64,000 nt of DNA, from assembly GCA_965198115.1 (NCBI GenBank), contig OZ240241.1:5664001-5728000 (forward strand). Direction: 5' to 3'. The position numbers were made by a program, and so were the translations under genes. The notes beneath the pieces are model-generated. The model saw only the letters and a list, made by a program, of their open reading frames with translations, made no database searches and was not told the origin of the DNA. This DNA is from Candidatus Latescibacterota bacterium (GTDB lineage Bacteria; Latescibacterota; UBA2968). Shown piece by piece: positions 40,906 through 48,406 of the stretch. Each line of letters begins with the position of its first letter. Positions within the stretch are counted from its first letter, which is position 1.

Positions 40906-42111
40906 TCAATGTTGAGCCATTGGCCGGATCGTGTAGTTCCAGTCGCCGTGGAAATCGTGCGGAGTGAGATCGATTTGGGTCATCTGTTCATCGGTCACCT
41001 TGACCCCGTTAGGGTAGGGTCGCTTGTCGATCTCGGAGCGTACTCGGAGACCGGCTTGAGTGGTCGTTCCGGCAATGAGATTCACGGTTGCAGCCAGGCT
41101 GACCAGGGGCTTGCCTCGCCAGTTCATAGCGATGAAGGAGAACAGGCGATGTTCGATCTTGTTCCACTTACTAGTGCCAGGAGGGTAGTGGCATACGGTG
41201 ATCGTCAGGCCAGTGCGATTCGCAAAGCGCTGCAGCTCCCACTTCCACAGCCGCGTCTTGGCACCGTTGCTGCCGCCTGCGTCCGCCGTGATTAGCAGAT
41301 GCGTCGAAGTGCCGTAGGCGGGCCGTCCCATGTTCTTCCACCAACTTCGGATCGCATTCACGGCGAAGCTGGCCGTGTCGTGATCGATACCGACACTTAC
41401 CCAGCCTTCATCACGGCTCAGATCATACACTCCATAAGGGATCGCCTTGCCCTGAGCAGGCACTATGAAATCGTGTACCTTCACACGCTCCGGGTCTCCC
41501 TTGGGTCGCCATTCTCGGCCAGGATTCTTGAAGTCGCCGATCAACTCTTTCTTCTTGGTGTCCACCGAGATAACGGGAAGGCCCTGCTGCTGCTGGCTAA
41601 TCCGATCATCGAGGTAAACGAACTGAGCGTCCCGATCCGGGTGTGCAGATCCCTCCCTTGTCTTCCGATTCGCCTGCAGCGTGTAATCGTGTTCGTGCAG
41701 GAGATTGGCAACGATCCTGGGGCTCACCGAATGCCCCATCGCTTGCAACTCGGCGGCCAGTTTGCGAGTGCTCTTCGATGTCCATCTCAGAGGATTGTCG
41801 TCAGGCGACCCCGCAGTCGTTGGCTCGACCAGATCATTCAGGTCCTGCCACAGCGTCGGGTCCGTGTCGGCCTTCCGCTTACGACCGCCGCCTGGACGCC
41901 GGATGCGAGCCGGGTCCAAAGGTTCGTCCGACCTCAACTCCTGAATGCCACGAAAGATCCGCTCTCTGGACATTCCTGTCGCCAGAGCCACAATCGCGAT
42001 CCCACCGTGACCCAACGCTTCGGCTTCCGTGGCGGCCCACAGACGACGCGTGCGTTCCGTCAGCACCGGAGCCAAGGCTTCATACTTCGTTCGGAGAGTT
42101 TCGACGTCCAC
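40906..42111 (-). CDS. ISAzo13-family transposase
   Basis: ISVDTKKKELIG, ITADAGGSNG, PPGTSKWNKIEHRLF. Confidence 0.95.
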   Translation of the reverse strand: MDVETLRTKYEALAPVLTERTRRLWAATEAEALGHGGIAIVALATGMSRERIFRGIQELRSDEPLDPARIRRPGGGRKRKADTDPTLWQDLNDLVEPTTAGSPDDNPLRWTSKSTRKLAAELQAMGHSVSPRIVANLLHEHDYTLQANRKTREGSAHPDRDAQFVYLDDRISQQQQGLPVISVDTKKKELIGDFKNPGREWRPKGDPERVKVHDFIVPAQGKAIPYGVYDLSRDEGWVSVGIDHDTASFAVNAIRSWWKNMGRPAYGTSTHLLITADAGGSNGAKTRLWKWELQRFANRTGLTITVCHYPPGTSKWNKIEHRLFSFIAMNWRGKPLVSLAATVNLIAGTTTQAGLRVRSEIDKRPYPNGVKVTDEQMTQIDLTPHDFHGDWNYTIRPMAQH

Positions 42112-42184
42112 ACTCCGAGCGTAAGATCATTACCTTGAAAAGTGCAGCACTTATTTCGTGGCAAACCCTAAGAGGCGAAGGTAT

Positions 42185-42312
42185 TGTCATCCCAGCGGCT
42201 TTTGCCCGGGGATCCATTCTCCGGCCGGCATCAGAAACGGGAGTGCGAAAATCAGAGTGGACCCCCCTTCGACAAGCTCAGGACAGGCGGCTAAGAAGCG
42301 TACCGGGGCGAC
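42185..42312. repeat. REP doublet (TGTCATCCC family) containing a 23-nt insertion
   Basis: Arms homologous to the reverse complement of 61888-61998. Confidence 0.75.
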
Positions 42313-42354
42313 ATTGTCTTCGTGAGAAGGTGTGAAGTTGCCTTGTTGTCGAAT

Positions 42355-42408
42355 TAGCCCGCTTTAGCGGGCTTTGCTGCCTTAGCGTGGGGCTTTAGCC
42401 CCACGTAC
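42355..42408. repeat. REP cluster (partial)
   Basis: AGCCCGCTTTAGCGGGCT and CGTGGGGCTTTAGCCCCACG. Confidence 0.8.
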
Positions 42409-42458
42409 CGGGGTGACAGTGTATTTTTCATTGACCCACCACACAGACAGGATCTGAC

Positions 42459-43262
42459 ATGAAAGTTGGTATCTACGCATCCATGTTCGGGCAAGACGAT
42501 CCTCCCACCCTGGAGAGCATCGAGAGTTACATCGAGTTGGCCTATGCGCTGAAGGTCGATCTGATCGATTTCCGCGGAAACCGTGGGTTCTCGTCGATCG
42601 ACCACGCGTATCTGTTCGACATCAAGATGCAGTGTCTCCACTACGGTTTGTCGATCGGATACGTCGCCTCGGGTGGGCACTTTACCAGGAACGATGCGAC
42701 CGATCTTCCGGAGAAGCTCGAGCAGATCAGAAAAGACGTCGATGTGGCGGTCACGCTTGGGGCTCCCATGATCCGCGTGTTCGTCGGTCCGCCCATCGAA
42801 GATCACGACGAGCAAAAGGTGGAAATCCAGGCCTTTCAGGAGTCGTGTGACTACGCGGCCGATAAAGGAATCGCTCTCGGTATTCAGAACCATCCATCGA
42901 CCGGCGACGATGTCCTGCGCATTCTCGAGCAGTCGAACCGAAGCAACCTCACCCACATTCTGGATACGGGAGAGTGGGTGGGTTCGCCATCGCGCAACAA
43001 AGGTGTTCTGGATCCTGCATACGACATTTACGGCTTTATGGAGCAGACTGCGCCGCACGCTTCACACGTACGGGCCAAGTTCTACAAGATCGATTCCGGA
43101 CAGGAAGAGTGGATAGACTACGCACGCATCATCTCGATATTGCGCGACGCGAATTTCAACGGTGCCGTGTCCGTCGTGTTCGAGGGGAAAGACATCAACG
43201 ACTGTGATGATACCGAGGTGATGCGGTTGGCGGTGGCAGAGCTGCGATCTCTCACCGCGTGA
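42459..43262 (+). CDS. sugar phosphate isomerase/epimerase (xylose-isomerase-like TIM barrel)
   Basis: LGAPMIRVF, IQNH, LDTG, HVRAK, FEG. Confidence 0.9.
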   Translation: MKVGIYASMFGQDDPPTLESIESYIELAYALKVDLIDFRGNRGFSSIDHAYLFDIKMQCLHYGLSIGYVASGGHFTRNDATDLPEKLEQIRKDVDVAVTLGAPMIRVFVGPPIEDHDEQKVEIQAFQESCDYAADKGIALGIQNHPSTGDDVLRILEQSNRSNLTHILDTGEWVGSPSRNKGVLDPAYDIYGFMEQTAPHASHVRAKFYKIDSGQEEWIDYARIISILRDANFNGAVSVVFEGKDINDCDDTEVMRLAVAELRSLTA

Positions 43263-43277
43263 AGAAACCGACCGATC

Positions 43278-43416
43278 CGCGTGGGGATGAATCCCCACGC
43301 TATGATAGCCCTTCGACTTCGCTCAGGATAAACTCCGCCCGCTAAAGCGGGCTGGTAAGCCTCTAGCCGGCTTCAGCCGGCTTCGCATTACTAGCGTAGG
43401 GCTTTAGCCCTACGCG
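43278..43416. repeat. four-hairpin REP cluster (BIME/REPIN-like)
   Basis: CGTGGGGATGAATCCCCACG, GCCCGCTAAAGCGGGC, AGCCGGCTTCAGCCGGCT, CGTAGGGCTTTAGCCCTACG. Confidence 0.85.
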
Positions 43417-43426
43417 ATTCGAGGTA

Positions 43427-44344
43427 GTGATGATTGACCGTGCTAGAGTGCGCGAGGCCCTGACGGGGCCGATGACGTCCATCTCGACGCCGTTCAAAAA
43501 AGACGGGGCGGTGGATCACGACAGTCTGCGCCGGACGCTCGATTTCAACATCGAGGCGGGCAGCAAGACGATGCTGCTGACGGCGGGGGACAGTAACTTC
43601 ATTGCGATGTCGGATGCGGAGATCGCAGAGGTTTCGAAGACCGTCGTGGATCACACGGCCGGGCGCGCGATGGTGGTCACCGCGGATCGACATTTTCATA
43701 CGCGGCAGGCTGTCGAATTCGCGAAGTATGCAGCGGAGATCGGATCGGACGTGCACATGGTATTGCCGCCGGACTGGGCGTCATCGTGTACGTCGGAGAC
43801 CTTGCGCGATCATTACGCGGCTGTCGCCGAACACATTCCGGTGATGCTGGTGACGGGTGTCTTCATCCCGCGCGGGGAGGAATTCGGGCTGGAAACGATT
43901 CGGATGGTCAGGGACACTGTCGAAAACGTCGTGGCCATCAAGGATGACATGCACGGTAGGTTCGTCCGGAAGATGGCCCTCCTGGTACACGACCAGTGGG
44001 CGGTGTTCGCGGCGGGGTCGAAGCAAGATCATCTGCTTCTCCATCCCTATGGATGCGATGGTTACATGTCGACGATGATGATGTTCAAGCCCGAAATCCC
44101 TCACGCATACTGGTGCGCCATCGAGGCGAACGACACGGCGGCGGCTACCGCCATTATCCAGGATTACGATGTCCCGTTTTACGACCTGATCCTGTCTTCG
44201 CCCGGCAGTTTCGATGCGGCGATACACGGTGTGCTGGAGATCTTTGGCATCTGCCAGCGCTGGCGCCCCCCGCCTTACTATAACTTGAGCGATGAGGAGA
44301 TGGAGAAGCTGAGGGATGAGCTGCAGGGGATAGGGCTGCTTTGA
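43427..44344 (+). CDS. dihydrodipicolinate synthase-family aldolase/dehydratase
   Basis: STPFKKDGAVD, HMVLPP, VVAIKDD (Schiff-base Lys). Confidence 0.9.
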   Translation: MMIDRARVREALTGPMTSISTPFKKDGAVDHDSLRRTLDFNIEAGSKTMLLTAGDSNFIAMSDAEIAEVSKTVVDHTAGRAMVVTADRHFHTRQAVEFAKYAAEIGSDVHMVLPPDWASSCTSETLRDHYAAVAEHIPVMLVTGVFIPRGEEFGLETIRMVRDTVENVVAIKDDMHGRFVRKMALLVHDQWAVFAAGSKQDHLLLHPYGCDGYMSTMMMFKPEIPHAYWCAIEANDTAAATAIIQDYDVPFYDLILSSPGSFDAAIHGVLEIFGICQRWRPPPYYNLSDEEMEKLRDELQGIGLL

Positions 44345-44345
44345 A

Positions 44346-44463
44346 CGCACGGGGATAAAGAAATCCCCACGCTAATTCAGCGAAGCCCGCTAAAGCGGGC
44401 TATAGGATTTCAGTCGGCTTCAGCCGGCTTCGCATTTCTAGCGCAGGGCTTCAGCCCTACGCG
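44346..44463. repeat. four-hairpin REP cluster, homologous to 43278-43416
   Basis: Same four palindromes in the same order. Confidence 0.85.
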
Positions 44464-44482
44464 GATCGATCAGAGGGTCATC

Positions 44483-45595
44483 ATGAAAATTTCCCGTGTC
44501 GAAGCGATCCATCTCGCGGAAATACCGACAGACCCGCCACCTATGCGCGAACTGCCGAACCGGGCGAACGTGACGATCGTCGAGGTGGAGACGGATGATG
44601 GGTTGATCGGCTACGGCAAGGCTGGAGAGAGCGCATCTGCGGTGGCACAGATCAACGGGTCGTTCTCGGATTTCCTGAAGGGTCGGGATCCGATGTTGAC
44701 GGAGGAGATCTGGAACGGGATGATTCAGACCTTCGGCCGCGGAAACACCAGTGTACTCGCCGGGATCGACCTGGCCTTGTGGGATATCAAAGGGAAAGCG
44801 CTCGAGGTGCCGGTGTGGCGGCTGCTCGGGGGTGCCCAGAGTTGGGTGAGGGCCTACGTGTCATTCGGACTGGGAGGCCCTAACACGAGCATGTCGATGG
44901 TGCCGGCCTACACGACCGACGAACTGGTCGAGGAAGCAACGCTTCTGGTCAACGGCAGCCACACCAAGCTGAAGACGGGTGTTGGCCGGTTCCCGGTCCC
45001 GAATCCGGATGCCGACGCGGAACGGATGATCGCCCTTCGGGAAGCGTTGGGACCGGACGTGATGCTGATGATGGACGCGGGCAAGGGCATGACGTTCCAC
45101 GATGCCCTGCGCCTGTGCAAGCTCTGCGAGCCGTATCACATCGAGTTTTTCGAGGAGCCGGTGGTCGACAATGATCAGCGGCAGCTGGCAACCCTTCGAC
45201 GGCAAACCACGATTCCGATGGCGGCGAACCCTGCGGGGATGCGCGATGTCTATCGCGAGTTCATCGCCAACGAGATTGTCGACTTCATTCAGCCCAACGT
45301 GGCGCAGATCGGTATCACGGAGTCGAAAGCGATCGCCGACATGGCCGCTGCATTCAGGATGCCTATTTCAAACGGGAATGGGTCGGGCCCGCACAACATG
45401 CATCTACAAGCGGGGATGCCGAATGGGTGGGGTGTGGAATTCCACTATCGGCACTGGATGGTGTATCGGGCTGTCTACAAGGATCTGCCCGAGCCTGCTG
45501 AAGGATGGCTCACGTTGCCCGAGACGCCGGGGCTGGCGCTGGATCCTAAGCCTGAGGTCGTGGAGGAGTATCGCCAAAACAAAGGCAGCCACTAA
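44483..45595 (+). CDS. mandelate racemase/muconate lactonizing enzyme (enolase superfamily)
   Basis: IDLALWDIKGK, KLK, MMDA, FFEEP, PETPGLAL. Confidence 0.92.
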   Translation: MKISRVEAIHLAEIPTDPPPMRELPNRANVTIVEVETDDGLIGYGKAGESASAVAQINGSFSDFLKGRDPMLTEEIWNGMIQTFGRGNTSVLAGIDLALWDIKGKALEVPVWRLLGGAQSWVRAYVSFGLGGPNTSMSMVPAYTTDELVEEATLLVNGSHTKLKTGVGRFPVPNPDADAERMIALREALGPDVMLMMDAGKGMTFHDALRLCKLCEPYHIEFFEEPVVDNDQRQLATLRRQTTIPMAANPAGMRDVYREFIANEIVDFIQPNVAQIGITESKAIADMAAAFRMPISNGNGSGPHNMHLQAGMPNGWGVEFHYRHWMVYRAVYKDLPEPAEGWLTLPETPGLALDPKPEVVEEYRQNKGSH

Positions 45596-45603
45596 GCCAT
45601 TGC

Positions 45604-45631
45604 GTAGGGACGGTTCGCGAACTGTCCCTAC
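45604..45631. repeat. GTAG-type REP palindrome between convergent genes
   Basis: GTAGGGACGGTTCGCGAACTGTCCCTAC. Confidence 0.75.
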
Positions 45632-45648
45632 TGTCTTTGGCGGGGTTT

Positions 45649-46329
45649 TCATCCTACCCACAGCAGACGTTCTTTTCCCCCACAATACTCTCGTGTCTGT
45701 TCGATAAGCTTGTCCGTTGTTGCCTTGACCGTCTCGAGCGGCGTATTCGGGTTACCCTGGACCATGTAAACGCAGCTCGTGCTGTCGAGTCCGACCTTCG
45801 TTTTCTCCACCTGTCGCACTTCCAACCGACATAGCATTTCGTTGCTCGAATCGATGTAGGCGTATTCGCCCGCCGGGACGGTTTCCGATCTGTCCTTTCC
45901 GAGCGGGTGAAAATGTTCCTCACCCGTCGTCAGGCGGAGGGAGATATCCCCTTTGACCGCCGTCACGTCGTGGGCGCCGATCGATAGGAAGGTCTCGAGG
46001 GACAGGCAGTTGTAGATGTCCACGACGAGACTGATTGAAGCGATGTTGCCTCGACTCAGGAAGAGCCCGAGCATGCGCTCGGATGAGCTGGGGAATTTGC
46101 GATTGGACCGGCCCACTTTGTCGTGTAGAGCGCGAAAGCCGGCAAGGGTTGGATCGGTCTCAAGCGTTTCAGGTGTGTAGCGTGTCTTCAACCGCTCGAA
46201 CAGATCCTGTCGATATCGGTCGAACGCGTCCGATTGTTGCCGGTTCTCGAGCCCGTCGATGACCAGGCACGCACACACAACGCCGAGGTTGGATACCTCT
46301 GGCGCGAGCGTGAATGTCCTTTCGGTCAC
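45649..46329 (-). CDS. stand-alone B3/4-domain (PheRS-beta editing-like) protein
   Basis: FPSSSERM, ISLVVDIYNCLSL..IGAHD, TTGEEHF.PLG, GEYAYID, RQVEKTKV. Confidence 0.9.
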   Translation of the reverse strand: MTERTFTLAPEVSNLGVVCACLVIDGLENRQQSDAFDRYRQDLFERLKTRYTPETLETDPTLAGFRALHDKVGRSNRKFPSSSERMLGLFLSRGNIASISLVVDIYNCLSLETFLSIGAHDVTAVKGDISLRLTTGEEHFHPLGKDRSETVPAGEYAYIDSSNEMLCRLEVRQVEKTKVGLDSTSCVYMVQGNPNTPLETVKATTDKLIEQTREYCGGKERLLWVG

Positions 46330-46368
46330 GGTTCAGGCCCTAGCGCTGGCGATTCGTGTTTGGGCGAA

Positions 46369-47697
46369 TCAGTAGACGGGCAGATAGGTCTCCATCTCCC
46401 ACGCGCTAACGCTCTGGTGATACTGTCGCCACTCCTCGCGCTTGACGGAGAGATAGGTCTCGGCGTACTTGTCTCCGAGCGCGCCGATTACGACCTCGTC
46501 GGCTTCCAGATGGTCCATCGCCTCCTTCAACGACGACGGGAGATAGTCGATGCCTCGATCGGCCAGCTCTGCATCGGTCAGTTCGTAGAGGTTCTCATCG
46601 TTCCGCTCGCCCGGGTTCTTCTTGTTCGCAATACCGTCTAGGCCGGCGGCCAGGAGTGCGCTGCACGCCAGGTAGGGATTTGCGGCGCCGTCGACGGTGC
46701 GGTTCTCGATACGCCCGGGTCCGGGAATGCGGACCATCTGCGTTCGGTTGGAAGCACCATAACTGACGTAGACGGGTGCCCACGAGGCGCCAGAGTCTGG
46801 AGCGCTCCGGACGAGACGTTTATAGCTGTTGACGATCGGGTTGGTTACGCCCGCAAGGGCTTTGGCGTGATCGAGGATTCCTCCCATGAACCAGTAGGCT
46901 TCTTGTGACAGCCCGTTCTCGTCATCCTCGTTCAGGAAGATGTTCCGATCGCCTTCCCAGAGACTCATGTGGAAGTGAGCACCGTTCCCGGTCAGGTGGG
47001 AGAAGGGTTTGGGCATGGTGGTCGCGCGAAGTCCTCTTTCTTCGGCGACGACCTTGATCATCCACTTGAAGAAGGTGTGTCGATCGGAGGTTGTGAGAGC
47101 GTCGCTGTAGTGCCAGTTGATTTCGAACTGACAGTTCGCGTCCTCGTGATCGTTGGCATACGGCCCCCACCCCATTGCAAGCATGTGGTTGATGAGGGTC
47201 GTCATCAGGTCGAGGTTGCGGTTGAGGGTCAGGAGGTCGTAGCACGGCTTGCCCAGGACGTCGAGCTTGTCATAGATCGCATAGGATCCGTCTTCCTGCG
47301 CTTGCAGGAGCATGAATTCCGGTTCGACGCCGACGTTGAAGGTGTAGCCGAGTGCGTTAGCCTTGTCCAACTGGCGTTGCAGGATCGTACGGGGGCAGTA
47401 GTTGTAGGGTTCCCCTTCGACCTGAATATTTCCGGCGACCCAGGCCATGTTTTCCCGCCACGGCACACGTGTGAGCGATCGGAAATCCGGAATGTTGGCC
47501 ATATCCGGGTCGTGAGGTCCCTGTCCCATTTCACCGGCGGCGAATCCGGCGAATCCGGCGCCTTCGGACGCCATTTCGTCGAGGTTGCTGACGGGCACGA
47601 CCTTGGCTTTCGGAGCCCCACCCATTTCGACGAATGAGCAGAGGAAGAATTCGATGCCCTGCTCGTTGGCCAGCGCTTTGACCTGATCGAGGTTCAT
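46369..47697 (-). CDS. gmaS: gamma-glutamylmethylamide synthetase (glutamine synthetase-like)
   Basis: GAGFAGFA, GVEPEF, KPCYD, NDHEDANCQFE, MPKPF..TGNGAH, NRTQMVR, DGAANPYL; mgs/mgd context. Confidence 0.85.
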   Translation of the reverse strand: MNLDQVKALANEQGIEFFLCSFVEMGGAPKAKVVPVSNLDEMASEGAGFAGFAAGEMGQGPHDPDMANIPDFRSLTRVPWRENMAWVAGNIQVEGEPYNYCPRTILQRQLDKANALGYTFNVGVEPEFMLLQAQEDGSYAIYDKLDVLGKPCYDLLTLNRNLDLMTTLINHMLAMGWGPYANDHEDANCQFEINWHYSDALTTSDRHTFFKWMIKVVAEERGLRATTMPKPFSHLTGNGAHFHMSLWEGDRNIFLNEDDENGLSQEAYWFMGGILDHAKALAGVTNPIVNSYKRLVRSAPDSGASWAPVYVSYGASNRTQMVRIPGPGRIENRTVDGAANPYLACSALLAAGLDGIANKKNPGERNDENLYELTDAELADRGIDYLPSSLKEAMDHLEADEVVIGALGDKYAETYLSVKREEWRQYHQSVSAWEMETYLPVY

Positions 47698-47710
47698 GGA
47701 TTGTCTCCCG

Positions 47711-48403
47711 TTAAGATGTCGATGCTTCCATAGACTGGTATGCGGATTGTCCAACCGGCTGTATGTCCCATTCCGATCCAGCTTCCATCAGGACGGACCA
47801 GAGGTAAGCACCCAGAGATCGTGCCCCGATGATCGAATAAGTGGGCAGGTCATCCAGGTCTCTGCGGATGATCAGTTGGTTTGTTTTTGCGACGCTGCTT
47901 TGACGGGCGTGGCCGGTCGGAAACGCGGAGTCCGCGAAATCCAACCCGCAAACCTTGCTCATCAGCGCCGGAGCACGGGGGCCAATGATACGGACTTCGG
48001 CGCGTCCGGAAGTGATGTCGGTGCACGTGACGAGTGATTCGCCGGTGTGGGACCGCACCTCCGCCAGGGTCTTCGTCTCTTCGCCCGGGGAGACGGCCAG
48101 GTAGAATAGATCCGCTCGAAGACGTACCACACACGTTCCAGACAGGTGAGTGATTTCGCCGATGCTCAGTTCTGGCAGGTCGAACGTGGACTGCATTACC
48201 GTCTCTGAATCAGAACCCTCCACTTGGATCTTACCGTTCTGTGTTTGGTCGTGCAGGACGACGCTGTCACGTGCAGCCGATACTTCGACCTCCACGCCGG
48301 AGAAGACATCGGGCACTGACCATCCTTCCAGGTCGACGAAGGTCGCTCCAAGACCGAGCAGGAGGTCGTGCAGAGGTGAACGCTTCTGGGCAGTCGCTGG
48401 CAC
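47711..48403 (-). CDS. mgdD: N-methylglutamate dehydrogenase / sarcosine oxidase gamma subunit
   Basis: GcvT-like fold, CGLDF..F, RSLGAYLW. Confidence 0.75.
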   Translation of the reverse strand: MPATAQKRSPLHDLLLGLGATFVDLEGWSVPDVFSGVEVEVSAARDSVVLHDQTQNGKIQVEGSDSETVMQSTFDLPELSIGEITHLSGTCVVRLRADLFYLAVSPGEETKTLAEVRSHTGESLVTCTDITSGRAEVRIIGPRAPALMSKVCGLDFADSAFPTGHARQSSVAKTNQLIIRRDLDDLPTYSIIGARSLGAYLWSVLMEAGSEWDIQPVGQSAYQSMEASTS

Positions 48404-48406
48404 GTT

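Larger units (their letters stand above)
39450..42168 (-). mobile_element. ISAzo13-family element with an ISL3 nested in its terminal IR
   Basis: IRs GGGTTCGCGAATAAATAA / TTATTTCGTGGCAAACCC; TAA duplicated (39447-39449, 42169-42171). Confidence 0.88.

Noticed and set aside
43278-44463. CRISPR or ncRNA arrays in the hairpin clusters
   Set aside because: They are intergenic multi-palindrome units without unique spacers, consistent with REP/BIME elements.
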